62,585 bases of DNA, from positions 1-62,585 of IMG/VR virus record IMGVR_UViG_3300002035_000001; one strand, written 5' to 3'. The translations under genes and the position numbers were made by a program. Numbering within the stretch: position 1 is the first letter of the stretch; each line of letters starts with the position of its first letter. The notes under the pieces were generated by a model. That model had not been told where the DNA came from and did no database searches. It was given only the letters and a program-made list of their open reading frames with translations. The stretch comes from a virus. Positions 52,623-62,585 of this stretch are shown here, in pieces.

Positions 52623-54434
52623 CTATTTATTCAGGTGGAGTTGTTGTCCTCCTGAACTCTGTGCTGCCTTGATAAGCTCAATAGCAAGAGCATCGGGGCC
52701 CTTGTTCTTAATCATGTCATGAAGCACAGCGATCTTTTCTTCCTCGGTCTCAGCAGCTTTCCCTAGGAAATTGCCGTCTCCTCCGTGAGGAATAATGTTC
52801 CGGGGAGCACGAGGCAGAGGAGTGTCCTCAATACCATCAACTCGTTTAGTTAGCTCCTCCACAGCAGTTACAGCGTCTTCGGCTATCTTCTTAAGATCGG
52901 TATTCTCCGACTCGAGAGCATCAAACCGTTTCTGCATGGTAGGGTTAAGTTCTTCACCTTCTTCAGAAGTGTCTTCTTCTTGTTCAATACCGAAGGCCTT
53001 AGCTAGCTCTTCCCGTCGCTCCCGGCTGGGATCTCGACGATCTTGAAGAACCGAACAGACATCCTTGGCTAATTGGTCTTCAGAATTGTCCTTAGCCGCA
53101 GCATAGTAATAGTCATAGACTTCTACGCAGACGTCATCATCAATTCCCGCTACAAGGTCAGTCAACTGCTGGTCCACATAGTCTCGGAAACAATCGGTCA
53201 AGGAAACAAGGGCAGACTTCATATCTTCGGAGATTTGCTGTTCGCTTTCCTCTCCCTCTACAGCTCCTTCCTTAGCAATCTTTCGGATGATAGATCCTAA
53301 GTCCCACATAAGGTTAGCGAAGCGAGATACAGTATACATCCCTTTCTCCAACTTCGGAGACCCGTCAATAAAAGGTGTTTCCAAGGCTTGGTAAACCTTA
53401 CCCATTCGATCCCAGTCTTCCATAAGACCCGTGTCTTCGGGATCATCACTAAGGGCTTTATCTAACCGAGACTTTAGCTTATCAGACTCAGTAGGCTCAG
53501 CTTTCTGTAACTCCTCTTCATGCTGCTCAGCATCCGCTTTCTTGTCAAAAGCTTTACCGTCACTGGTAGTCCATTTCTGTTTGACACCGGCAGGGGTTAC
53601 CTTATCGGTCTTTTCTACCTTGTCCTCTTCCTCAGAAGCCTCCTCGTCGGCAATAACCTCTGCAGACTTATCGTCGGCTTTACTAAGTTCTTCACTTGCA
53701 GCACTGACATGATCCATCCAAGTGGACCCGTCATCTGCAGCCTTAGCCATCTCCTCAGCTTTTGCTGCTACTTCCTCGTTAGAGGGAACTGAAGTAGAAG
53801 GAGTATCTTCAGCCTTCTTAACTTCCTCGGCAGAAGTTTCTTCCTTAATCTCCTCAGCTTTATCATCGGCCGTATCCGCCTTAGCAAAGTCAGGCCATGC
53901 TTCATCATCATTCTCTACCTGGAATGAAACGTCCTCTTGAGCGCCATCTGCTTTCATCATAGCAAAGGTGGCTGATGGAACACAGGGGTTATCAACCAAG
54001 CTTACCTCATTAGGCTGGGCAGTGAATTTCTTAACCTTTTCTTTGGTATCGGGATCAGTGTCTGTCCAGCGCTTGGCATAGGACCCGCCTACTGAGAAGC
54101 CAGTGTAACAACCCTCTGTCACCTTGTCCCACTCAGCATCATCAACTACTTTACTACAGACATCAATAGCTTTCTCGTCATCATTAAAATCAATATCGGT
54201 CAACTTGCCAGCAACAGTAAGACCGTGCATTACTCGGACATTACCTTTTGATAGGCCGCCGGAAGCATCGGAGATCTCGCCGGACCATTTCTCAAATAAG
54301 GGCTTAGAAGAGTCATAATCCATGACTTCGCCAGATTTGTCGAGGACTTCTTGAGTAATCCGGCCATAAACAAGGCGTTGCTCTTCATCCACTTTAGTAA
54401 GGGGGATGAAAACCCTTGCTTTCTTCTTAGTCAT
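52623..54434 (-). CDS. Prohead protease-like (XkdF-type) N-terminal domain fused to an acidic scaffold-like region
   Basis: N-terminus FIPLTKVDEEQRLVYGRITQEVLDKSGEVMDY resembles XkdF-type proteins. The remainder is acidic and helical. Confidence 0.55.
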   Translation of the reverse strand: MTKKKARVFIPLTKVDEEQRLVYGRITQEVLDKSGEVMDYDSSKPLFEKWSGEISDASGGLSKGNVRVMHGLTVAGKLTDIDFNDDEKAIDVCSKVVDDAEWDKVTEGCYTGFSVGGSYAKRWTDTDPDTKEKVKKFTAQPNEVSLVDNPCVPSATFAMMKADGAQEDVSFQVENDDEAWPDFAKADTADDKAEEIKEETSAEEVKKAEDTPSTSVPSNEEVAAKAEEMAKAADDGSTWMDHVSAASEELSKADDKSAEVIADEEASEEEDKVEKTDKVTPAGVKQKWTTSDGKAFDKKADAEQHEEELQKAEPTESDKLKSRLDKALSDDPEDTGLMEDWDRMGKVYQALETPFIDGSPKLEKGMYTVSRFANLMWDLGSIIRKIAKEGAVEGEESEQQISEDMKSALVSLTDCFRDYVDQQLTDLVAGIDDDVCVEVYDYYYAAAKDNSEDQLAKDVCSVLQDRRDPSRERREELAKAFGIEQEEDTSEEGEELNPTMQKRFDALESENTDLKKIAEDAVTAVEELTKRVDGIEDTPLPRAPRNIIPHGGDGNFLGKAAETEEEKIAVLHDMIKNKGPDALAIELIKAAQSSGGQQLHLNK

Positions 54435-54985
54435 AATCTACACTCCTGTTTCATTTCTACGTCAGCTAAAGCCATTGCAATAATTCGATTGTTCCGCTTT
54501 CGGATCTCCTCAGAAGACCTTCTACGGCTTATCGTAATACTACCTGTGCCGCCCAGGTTAATCACGTTATATATCTTTGTGGTATAAGAGGAATTAAACT
54601 CGGTGGCCCCTGTGGTACTAGTGGGCTTTATCGAAACAATGCCGACAGTATGCAACTTCTCGATTACCGGGGCTTCCGGTACTTTAACCTCCACTGGTAT
54701 TAATTCTGCGGGCTCCGGGTTACCGAAGCTATGAGAGGAGGATATCGACCGGGGCTCAGCGGTAAAGTGAAAGGATGGTGCGGGCACTTGGGGGTGTACC
54801 ATCATCTCTAATACCGGAGTGATGGTTACCATATCGTAAATAAAGGAAGGAGTACCCACAGAGCTGGTGGATACTACGGAGTCTATAGCTACTCCTCCTC
54901 GGGAGAGGTGTCCTATGGAGGCTATCCCTAGAGTCTCATACGGGATAAATCCTAGAGTGGTTATCGAGATGGGTTTCTGGGTCAT
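54431..54985 (-). CDS. Hypothetical virion-module protein (184 aa)
   Basis: ATGA coupling on both sides. Confidence 0.45.
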   Translation of the reverse strand: MTQKPISITTLGFIPYETLGIASIGHLSRGGVAIDSVVSTSSVGTPSFIYDMVTITPVLEMMVHPQVPAPSFHFTAEPRSISSSHSFGNPEPAELIPVEVKVPEAPVIEKLHTVGIVSIKPTSTTGATEFNSSYTTKIYNVINLGGTGSITISRRRSSEEIRKRNNRIIAMALADVEMKQECRL

Positions 54986-55503
54986 TGTCTTGTAGCCGTA
55001 GAGGTATTAGTACCGTCGCCTGTAACAGCAATATCAATAGAAGGCCCTGCGGTGATTTGATCCACAGTTGATACTAGGGGTGCGGCGGGATCGAGACCGA
55101 GTCGTTTGTATATCTCTTCTAGCTGTAGCTTCTGTTCAACACTTAGATTAGACTCCCCTGCTACGTTAGTAGTGGATACACCAACCGAGTTCTTTATCTC
55201 AACGTCGGGGATATTTACATTACCATTAATAAAGACCACATTATATAGGCCTTCCTCGAATTGAACTGTATAGCCGTTTACTACGTTAACTATTCGAGGG
55301 GTTCCTAAAGTGGGAGAGGTGTTAGAGTAACAGAGCCCTCCCTCTTGAGCAGAGAAAGCAATACCTTCTTCTCCGCCGGCCAACTCTCGGAGAAGTATCC
55401 ACCAATCGGAAACGTCTAGGGTATACTTCACCCCCTCAACCAGAGTTAAGTCTGATTGAGGGACTGTAATAACCCGGGTTGGCCAGTCGCAAGAAAGAGG
55501 CAT
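54982..55503 (-). CDS. Fibre-like protein (173 aa)
   Basis: RVITVPQSDLTLVEGVKYTLDVSDWWILLRELAGGEEGIAF...NGYTVQFEEGLYNVVFINGNVN resembles podovirus fibre-type proteins, as recalled. Confidence 0.45.
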   Translation of the reverse strand: MPLSCDWPTRVITVPQSDLTLVEGVKYTLDVSDWWILLRELAGGEEGIAFSAQEGGLCYSNTSPTLGTPRIVNVVNGYTVQFEEGLYNVVFINGNVNIPDVEIKNSVGVSTTNVAGESNLSVEQKLQLEEIYKRLGLDPAAPLVSTVDQITAGPSIDIAVTGDGTNTSTATRQ

Positions 55504-55506
55504 GTT

Positions 55507-57153
55507 TTAGGCATCCGCGGTTTGAACAGCATTAACACTAAAGCCAGTGCTGGTGAAGTTACCGGATAGCGGGAACGGAACAATAGGAGTGGATCCTACA
55601 GAGCCATCATCCGTTACCAACCCTACCATACGGATGGGAGAGCTAAAGGGCATGATGTTAGACAAGAATGTTGCACCGGAGGGAACACCATCCAAGAAAG
55701 TTACATAGACATCAGCATCTTCGGCATAATCCGTAGACAGGGTTCCGGACAAGGTGAATACACCTCCCGAGAAAGAAGTATAGGCGTAAACATCTTCCGA
55801 CACCCCGTTAGAGATACGAACAGTACCTGAGGGAGGAGCATCAGAGATATTAGTCTTCACAGTAAGAGTACTATCCCCGTTGTCATTCCCGGCGGCTGCT
55901 GCATATTCGGACTTAAGGATGTTACCGGATGTCCCGTCTTCTCGGCCGAGGATAACTCGACTCTCTCCGTCAACCAAGGTTCCAACAAAGATCGTTTGGT
56001 TATTCAACGGGGTTTGACCCGAGTTATCCAAATCGATTACAGAGTCAGCTGCTACCAAGTCAGCTACAATAAAGCCTACACCATAAGCACCTTGCCAAGC
56101 ACCAGTAAAGTTACCGGCAATACTCTCCACCCCAAGAGATCGAGAAACGGGAGTACCGGCAATATCAGCAGTTGTTCCGCCCTGAGTAATACTATCATTA
56201 TCAGAGGGAGGTAGGCCGGTTAACATCTGGATATAAAGCTTCCCTGTTGTTCCATCATCATCGAGAGCTAAGACTTGGGCAGTAGCACCGTTACCGAAGG
56301 TCACAGATGAGGCTTCGGAGAAGGGACCTGAGGCCTCGTTGTCATAGGAGACCTCATATTCGACGCCACGAAGTTGGTCGCCGGGGAGGCCGTAAAGAGT
56401 TTCGCTAGTACCTTCCCGAGTTGCCCACTTAATATATTCGTAGACATCATTGGGAGTATTTGCCCCTTTATTCCATCGAGAGTAGAAAGGCACAGGGCCG
56501 GAGCCGTTACCTAGGTCGATCTCTTGGAAACCCTCGGTGTTGGTAATATCTACAATGGCTGCAATAGTGCCGATAGCAGTTTGGTTAAAAGTATCAAGGT
56601 TAATAGTACCCAAACCGGCAACAGAAGCGTTGGCGCCCAACACCGTCGATGCAGACCGATACTGATAAGAGTAAGCTCGACTCTCAACGCGGACACGACC
56701 GCCGTCGATATCAGCACCTCCTGTTCTGGACAATACCAATAGCCGAACTGCATACCCTAGGGCAGCATCGGGACTTTCTTCTACACCCCAATAGGTGGTT
56801 AAGTAAGCACCGTTCTGATAAACCCGAGGAGGGGTAGGGAAGGACCCCGCGATATCTAGGCCGGAGTAACGCTCATCTCCTGAAGCCTGGATAACAGAAC
56901 CTCCATACATACCTTCTGCAGTTGCTGCATCGATATTCATAGGAGAGTTTAAGGTAATATCCGTATCCGAAGCTCTTCGTGAAGGAACAAAGAGATCGGT
57001 AATATCTCCCAGGTCATCTCCGCTGGCCGTAGCCTGTGCTGTTAGGGTCATTAACCCCCGGTGCATATCGATTACTGGATACCGGGTGGTGCCCGATACT
57101 CTACGGATATTACCCGTAGTAAAATCAACTGAGTGGTCATCAAGCCATGCCAT
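55507..57153 (-). CDS. Large Gly/Thr/Ser-rich structural protein (548 aa)
   Basis: Composition and position in the late operon. Confidence 0.5.
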   Translation of the reverse strand: MAWLDDHSVDFTTGNIRRVSGTTRYPVIDMHRGLMTLTAQATASGDDLGDITDLFVPSRRASDTDITLNSPMNIDAATAEGMYGGSVIQASGDERYSGLDIAGSFPTPPRVYQNGAYLTTYWGVEESPDAALGYAVRLLVLSRTGGADIDGGRVRVESRAYSYQYRSASTVLGANASVAGLGTINLDTFNQTAIGTIAAIVDITNTEGFQEIDLGNGSGPVPFYSRWNKGANTPNDVYEYIKWATREGTSETLYGLPGDQLRGVEYEVSYDNEASGPFSEASSVTFGNGATAQVLALDDDGTTGKLYIQMLTGLPPSDNDSITQGGTTADIAGTPVSRSLGVESIAGNFTGAWQGAYGVGFIVADLVAADSVIDLDNSGQTPLNNQTIFVGTLVDGESRVILGREDGTSGNILKSEYAAAAGNDNGDSTLTVKTNISDAPPSGTVRISNGVSEDVYAYTSFSGGVFTLSGTLSTDYAEDADVYVTFLDGVPSGATFLSNIMPFSSPIRMVGLVTDDGSVGSTPIVPFPLSGNFTSTGFSVNAVQTADA

Positions 57154-57154
57154 T

Positions 57155-59791
57155 TTATTCGTCTCCTGTTAGTGATATAGATAAGTCAAGACCAGTTCCC
57201 TTTGTAATAGTCCCGGAGATTGGCCGCGGTTGATGTAGGGTTGGCGTAGTTGCTTCCGCTACCAATCCTACGTAAGGCTGATTACTAACTAGTGAATACG
57301 AAGAGTTTATCTCGCCATCAACATCAGTTAGTTGCCTATCTAGTATAACTGTTCCCGGGGCCAGGTCTCCTCCTGCTGCAGCTACTATATGAACACGGGC
57401 ACCCGGAAGGGGCGAAGAGGTAACCTCAGAATTTACTACCACTCGGAGGGGGGTTTGATCGATAGGATACAGGTTATCCTTTTGCGCCTGGATACTAGTA
57501 TCAGTGTAGATAACAAAGGCTTGAAGATTAGTCCTTGATGCCAGCCCTGTAATCCTATACTTTAGTTTGATCCCGCTAACCATATCAGTTATGGAAGTTC
57601 GGTTAGCATTAACTCGAAGATCAAGCCAGGTACCGTTATAGCCACTGCCCGTATCATATTGGAACTCTATGTCCACTACAGTAGTCCACAGGTCCGTGCC
57701 GTCAGCAACACTAGAGGTAGCTCTAGCGAAGGTTGGGAGTGTATCCCTAAAGGAGATGTGGCCTTTAGCAAAGTAAGGCATCTCTATAATAAACTGGTCT
57801 CCCGCTTCTACATCAACATCCCCGTCCTTAGTAAACTTGGGATTGCCCGATACTATCTCAATGGGCCTCTCCGTAGATCCAGGACACATTGAACAGGCCA
57901 AGTATCCTCGAGTATCAGACTCAAAGATATCATTACAGTTGGATCCGGCTGTACCGGGAAGATCAGTTTCTACCCCTGTGGTAGTCCCTAAGTTACCCGA
58001 TCCTCCGTGAAGTCCCCTATAGGAAGTATTAATTCCGTCTGGTTCAATCTCGCCGTTATACTCTCCCGAGCAGTTAAGAACTGTAACATTCTTACTAGTT
58101 CCGCTAGCTACGAAGATAAACTCATTAGGAGTTCCTCTGTCTTGAAAGCATCTAGCAAAGGTTATATCAGAGCAGAGCCCTCCTATGCTTGCAAACTCCT
58201 CGCCTTGAGATCCTCCTAAAGCCTCATTGTCGAACTTGTCTTCAAGGAAGTGAAAACCAAAGACATCAATCCGAGAGCTATCGATAACCAGACATTTAGT
58301 ATCGTCAGGAGCAGACCCTTGAAGTATCTCCCAGCCTATTACTTTATCGTCAGCGGAGTTGGATACAAAGTAAACCTGGTCGTTATTTCCCACAGATCCG
58401 TCGAGATTTCTTTGGGTCTTTAATAATCGGCAAGTGCCTTGGAAAGAGGTTGTAAAGATCAACTGTGTTCCTATTACTACAAGATCTTCAATGGTATAAC
58501 CATCTACCCGAACAAACTCCATCTCATTAGCGGGGCCGTTTCCTATAGCTATACATCGTTCAAAATTAAGACCGATACTAGTCTGGCCGCCCATATTAGT
58601 AGTCTCTGCGGTATCGTTCATCGCAACGGATAAACAGTCCCTTACGTCTGATCCTGCAACCAAGTCAACCACAGCGGGCAAGGATCGGGAAGCTGATCGG
58701 GTGTCATCATTAATACTAGGGACAAAGATGCAGTGGTCATAAGTAGTTCGCTGTAGAGCAGCATAGACTCCAAAGCCATGATTGGCTGAGCAATAGCTTG
58801 CCTGGAAATTATTCCCTAGGTTATCCTCAAATTGGGCTGAGCCTAGGGATACTCCTGCAAGGTAACAATCTCCCCCATTAACAGTCTCAAGCTCATACCT
58901 GTTTGCTGCAGTCGCATTCCAGGAAGTATCATTGGTAGTAACAAGAGTGGTAGTACTGCTGCAGAAGTGAACCATGGGAACTCGAATACGTGCTCCGGAG
59001 GGGGGAATAAATCCAGCAGTCCCATTACCAAAAGTTAGCGTATTAGACTCGTATGGCTGAGAAAATGCAAATCCCGCTATACCTGATCCCATCTGAGACA
59101 GGTAGTCAGTTGAATTCTGGTAGACATTAGCAAACTCGGTAAACACCCCCGTCTCCATAACATCAGCAGCTGTAGCCAAAGCATTCCAGGATTTTTGGTA
59201 ATCGGGACCCTCGTTCTGCTGGATGGAGTGTATCTCGATAGCATCATTATTAGCTATACTTCCCGTTAGAAAAGTTACGACAAGATACCCAGTAGTTCCA
59301 TCTCCCGAGACTTCTTCAATTCGACCATGGACGTCATTATCACTTACCTTAAATACCCAATCACCCACCTTAGGAGCTATACCGGACCCCGTATCATAGT
59401 TAATACGTCTTCCTGTTTCTACCCAAACTCCCGAGAATACGTCTTGATCCACTATAGCCGTAGTAAAGTAGGTGGAACAGTCAAAAGTCTGACTTGCTGT
59501 GCCGTTACTAGTTGTAGGAAACTCCCACCACCCCAAAGTCGACCTTAAGATGCCTGCTCCGTTTACATTTATCTCCTCAGTATCTTCTCCCACAAACACA
59601 ATGGGGTTGATCGCGTTAGCTCCGTCTAAAAGAAACTCGCCGTCATTAATAGTAACCTGTCCTATTAACTTATCCGGAGAAGAGTCGCAGGTTACTACTG
59701 CGCCCGAGTTAATGGTAATATTCTGGCCATCATTAAGACCCGCTGTTACTGCGGTCATATTGGTATCAGAGGTAACAGTCTGGTTTGCCAT
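57155..59791 (-). CDS. Large beta-helix-like structural protein (878 aa); spike or depolymerase candidate
   Basis: Repetitive N/G/T/S/V-rich short beta-strand-like segments; position in the late operon. Confidence 0.5.
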   Translation of the reverse strand: MANQTVTSDTNMTAVTAGLNDGQNITINSGAVVTCDSSPDKLIGQVTINDGEFLLDGANAINPIVFVGEDTEEINVNGAGILRSTLGWWEFPTTSNGTASQTFDCSTYFTTAIVDQDVFSGVWVETGRRINYDTGSGIAPKVGDWVFKVSDNDVHGRIEEVSGDGTTGYLVVTFLTGSIANNDAIEIHSIQQNEGPDYQKSWNALATAADVMETGVFTEFANVYQNSTDYLSQMGSGIAGFAFSQPYESNTLTFGNGTAGFIPPSGARIRVPMVHFCSSTTTLVTTNDTSWNATAANRYELETVNGGDCYLAGVSLGSAQFEDNLGNNFQASYCSANHGFGVYAALQRTTYDHCIFVPSINDDTRSASRSLPAVVDLVAGSDVRDCLSVAMNDTAETTNMGGQTSIGLNFERCIAIGNGPANEMEFVRVDGYTIEDLVVIGTQLIFTTSFQGTCRLLKTQRNLDGSVGNNDQVYFVSNSADDKVIGWEILQGSAPDDTKCLVIDSSRIDVFGFHFLEDKFDNEALGGSQGEEFASIGGLCSDITFARCFQDRGTPNEFIFVASGTSKNVTVLNCSGEYNGEIEPDGINTSYRGLHGGSGNLGTTTGVETDLPGTAGSNCNDIFESDTRGYLACSMCPGSTERPIEIVSGNPKFTKDGDVDVEAGDQFIIEMPYFAKGHISFRDTLPTFARATSSVADGTDLWTTVVDIEFQYDTGSGYNGTWLDLRVNANRTSITDMVSGIKLKYRITGLASRTNLQAFVIYTDTSIQAQKDNLYPIDQTPLRVVVNSEVTSSPLPGARVHIVAAAGGDLAPGTVILDRQLTDVDGEINSSYSLVSNQPYVGLVAEATTPTLHQPRPISGTITKGTGLDLSISLTGDE

Positions 59792-59795
59792 CTAA

Positions 59796-60203
59796 CTAAA
59801 TCCTAAATATCTTATCTTCGCCGTCATCCCATGCTACAGTAAGGGAAGTTACCCCCGCGGGAATAGGCATACCGGCACCCTCGTCCAGATAAGCAATCAG
59901 AAGACTATCCTCCTCAATATCTTCATGAGCATAGATAACCATAGCCTCAATCGTGGGAGCATCCGAGAGATTAATAAATACAGGATCAGCCGCATCGAAG
60001 ACACCACCATCAATCGTCTTGCTAGTCAGACTAACAGCATCAACCCTAGCAGCCACAGGGATATCAGACAGGTAGGTGTCGGAGTCCAGATCTACTTCGT
60101 AGTTATCTACATCTATTAACATAGCTTTAATGTTGTCAGAGGACATATCGACCTCTGCTCCTAAGAAAGCCTGTTTTGCTGATTGATATAAAGAGTTAGC
60201 CAT
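59796..60203 (-). CDS. Small acidic structural-module protein (135 aa)
   Basis: Immediately downstream of the portal gene. Confidence 0.5.
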   Translation of the reverse strand: MANSLYQSAKQAFLGAEVDMSSDNIKAMLIDVDNYEVDLDSDTYLSDIPVAARVDAVSLTSKTIDGGVFDAADPVFINLSDAPTIEAMVIYAHEDIEEDSLLIAYLDEGAGMPIPAGVTSLTVAWDDGEDKIFRI

Positions 60204-60205
60204 TA

Positions 60206-61945
60206 CTAGTCTTCTTCTTTGGTGACGCCTGAGATCTGTCCTTCTTCATCATACTCGAAAGTAGTCTTGGAGACCTTTGGCTTATCTTGGTTAATCACGG
60301 TAACTTCTACAGGCCTATCAGCTATACCTTTAACAGAATTCTGAATAGCCTCTAGTCCCTTCTTCATCTCGTTTCCCACTATCTCTACATCAGAGGGACC
60401 TTCAGGTTCCTTTTCCGGGCGAGGCTCATTAAAAGCCTTAGATAGGTATTCAGAAAGAAGTTCTGCATCCCCTGTTGAAGCTAATTCTTGAACTGTTACA
60501 AGAGCTTTATTTGCCTCATTATCCTCTTCCTCGGGGACCTCATCCCGGGGCGGTTCTTCGTTAGGGTCATCTTCCCCAGAGCCTCCCTGAGCTTCCGGGG
60601 TAAGAACCAGAGGGGCCAAACCATTAGAAGTCATAAACATAGGTTCATCATATATCGGGTTATCGTAGGGCTCACGACCCGCCTCAATACGAGCCTCGTT
60701 CATAGTGATTTGACCATCGCGGAAATACCCGGAAGTTATCTCTTGCCGTTTCTTGGGATCAAGCTCATCATCACCCCTCCAAACAAACTCGAGGTCAGCA
60801 CAATCGAAGTCTTCTGATAAGACGTCATCTACGAGAGCCTTTACCCAGTTCTGAATAGGAGCAAGTCCGGTAGCAGACGCTTCCTGAGAAGCATTATCAG
60901 CAGTTGCCCGGTTCATCATTTGCAAGAAAGGCTGAGGCGATATACTAAACGCAAAACAGGCTACTCTTGCTAACCACTCTTCCGCCTTACCAAACAGCTC
61001 TGTTTCTTGGGTGGGTATATAGGTTTTCCCTACTGCCGAAGGAACAAACCGTGACTTACTTCTTTCAGCAAGGTTACCAGCTAAGGTATTATCAAACCAT
61101 TCTTGAAAGGTTCTTATCTGGTCAGGTGTCCAGGTCTCGGGAACACCAATCAGAGAGGAGGGCATATTACCCTCAGTAAAAAAGTTAAGTTGGAAGACTT
61201 GTCTACGAAGACCTATATTAATGGTCATCATTAGCTGCTCCACAGGTGAGTAGCCGTAGATCTTGTGTATCCGTAAATTCCGGGGTCGATAGAATATCTC
61301 AGAAGCCCGGTAGTTAACCGCAGGCAATCCTTTTAAGACTTGCTGATAAGAGGTATCATTAGGATCCTCGGGAGTACGCCCGTAGTCGTCCAAGACTCTC
61401 CGAACAGTAGAACCATCAATCTGATCAAGAGCTATTAATTTACCCCCCCGAGTTTTTCTCCTATGAAGGGTCACGGCGTCAATGACAAACAAGTCTTCTA
61501 GGATCATCCTAAGCCAAGCATTCCAATTATGCTCACCATCGGGTTTTAAGAAAAAGGAAGTAAGAGCTTTTATCTTATTCCGCTTTTGGGGACTGAGCTT
61601 CTCCGTACTATCGCGGGGTTGAATAACCCAGCTTAGCCTCTCCATGGCATCTTTTCTTGTTTCGATGATTAACCGGAGTAGATCATAGCCGTCAGCAAAC
61701 GACCTTAGAGTACCGAAACCGATAGCTTTCTGGGGCCTGCCTGAACTAAGCATATTGACATTAGAGGGAAAGTCAAAAGCTCGGCCCTTAACTTCTTCCG
61801 GTGCCTGTGGTGCTAGGGGCTGTCCTGGGCCGAACCAGTCAGCTCCTTGACCCGAGCTGCCAGGATTTGCATTTCCCGAGAGGCTATAAGAAACGCTGAG
61901 GGCAGTTTCTTTACCACCGCCTCGGATTGCTCGATTACTAGGCAT
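60206..61945 (-). CDS. Portal protein
   Basis: 579 aa directly after TerL (8-nt overlap); acidic C-terminus. Confidence 0.8.
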   Translation of the reverse strand: MPSNRAIRGGGKETALSVSYSLSGNANPGSSGQGADWFGPGQPLAPQAPEEVKGRAFDFPSNVNMLSSGRPQKAIGFGTLRSFADGYDLLRLIIETRKDAMERLSWVIQPRDSTEKLSPQKRNKIKALTSFFLKPDGEHNWNAWLRMILEDLFVIDAVTLHRRKTRGGKLIALDQIDGSTVRRVLDDYGRTPEDPNDTSYQQVLKGLPAVNYRASEIFYRPRNLRIHKIYGYSPVEQLMMTINIGLRRQVFQLNFFTEGNMPSSLIGVPETWTPDQIRTFQEWFDNTLAGNLAERSKSRFVPSAVGKTYIPTQETELFGKAEEWLARVACFAFSISPQPFLQMMNRATADNASQEASATGLAPIQNWVKALVDDVLSEDFDCADLEFVWRGDDELDPKKRQEITSGYFRDGQITMNEARIEAGREPYDNPIYDEPMFMTSNGLAPLVLTPEAQGGSGEDDPNEEPPRDEVPEEEDNEANKALVTVQELASTGDAELLSEYLSKAFNEPRPEKEPEGPSDVEIVGNEMKKGLEAIQNSVKGIADRPVEVTVINQDKPKVSKTTFEYDEEGQISGVTKEED

Positions 61946-62585
61946 CAGGGTTCACTTCCTCTTTTTGGTTACTGTCGAAAAACCTACGAAAACCGGCTTC
62001 CTCGAGCGGCCTAACGTCTCCCTCTTTAACATGAAATAATCCATCATTATCGATAAGATACTTATCACCCTCGACACCGTATGCTGTATTTATACCTTCA
62101 GGAGGTTGAAGAGAAACGATAGCCGAGGGTAACTGGGGTGTGTTACCCGATAGTCGATCAGCAACTGCTTTTGACTCTTGACGATAGTAGTCCATTAGTC
62201 CTTCATGAGATACAGAGCCGATCATTAATTCGGTAATAGCCCATACCAAGGCATCCATCCTATCTGGAGAGTAGCCCATATTACCGTCAGGAGTAAACTC
62301 GCACATCTGGTCCTCTAGCTCTGGGAATGATCCTACATGGTGTATCTTTTTCTGTTCGTATAACTGTGACACCGGCTCTGCTCTTACGTACTTTCCTCGA
62401 GTAGCATGTACTGCTTTCATAGGAACAAAATCAGCATCTCTCCTAGAGTCATCCTTCAAGCTCTTAGCAGCTCCCCGAATAACAGCTGCAACCATCTCGC
62501 CGCCTTGGTTAGCCTCATAGACAATGTTGTCGGCATCCCAATCGTCATAGGCTGACACCGCAGCCCTTCCCCACTCCTCAGGGGA
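61938..62585 (-). CDS. terL: Terminase large subunit, C-terminal nuclease part (continues from 1..1024)
   Basis: ORF-track 61938..62558 starts at an internal GTG. The reading frame stays open to the window edge and is in frame with 1..1024 through the 49-bp repeat. Confidence 0.85.
   Translation of the reverse strand, partial: SPEEWGRAAVSAYDDWDADNIVYEANQGGEMVAAVIRGAAKSLKDDSRRDADFVPMKAVHATRGKYVRAEPVSQLYEQKKIHHVGSFPELEDQMCEFTPDGNMGYSPDRMDALVWAITELMIGSVSHEGLMDYYRQESKAVADRLSGNTPQLPSAIVSLQPPEGINTAYGVEGDKYLIDNDGLFHVKEGDVRPLEEAGFRRFFDSNQKEEVNPDA
62537..62585. repeat. 49-bp terminal direct repeat (copy 2)
   Basis: Identical to bases 1..49. Confidence 0.95.

Overview
The window is an essentially complete phage genome of about 62.5 kb. 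Bases 1-49 are identical to 62537-62585, so the contig closes on itself, and the large terminase gene is split across the junction.

Layout:
- A roughly 29.7 kb minus-strand late operon runs TerS (1520), TerL (wraps the junction), portal, an unusual 5-gene block, protease/scaffold, major capsid, connectors, tail tube, chaperone with a -1 frameshift, tape measure, an RcGTA-like distal tail (DUF2460, DUF2163, NlpC/P60, g15/gpJ-like), tail fibre, M23 peptidase and a small membrane protein (ends 34347).
- A plus-strand block (20738-34350) carries nucleotide metabolism, replication, recombination and spanin genes.
- A mostly minus-strand early region (1590-20657) holds many small genes. Each short unit is preceded by a near-consensus sigma70-type promoter. 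It also carries two tRNAs (Arg-TCT, Lys-CTT), a Fic protein, an ATP-dependent ligase and a primase-helicase.

No integrase, CRISPR array, rRNA or transposase was seen.

The most interesting signal is a T4-like but differently built pyrimidine-modification gene set. It comprises a dNMP kinase, a MazG-type pyrophosphatase, two tandem divergent ThyA-fold enzymes that both carry the cytosine-type Asp switch residue, a dCMP deaminase, and PolA with a degenerate UDG-like N-terminus. ThyX and a second MazG lie elsewhere. Together these predict a C5-modified cytosine genome, with one enzyme of unknown activity.

Other notable items:
- a 5.8 kb fibre or beta-helix-like block between portal and scaffold
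- a small C-terminal module on Lys-rich linkers that recurs in four proteins
- a conserved 5' leader motif and operator-like repeats in the early promoters
- an iteron field
- a mirror-symmetric promoter pair sharing one -10 element

All functional calls rest on motifs read by eye. No database search was run.
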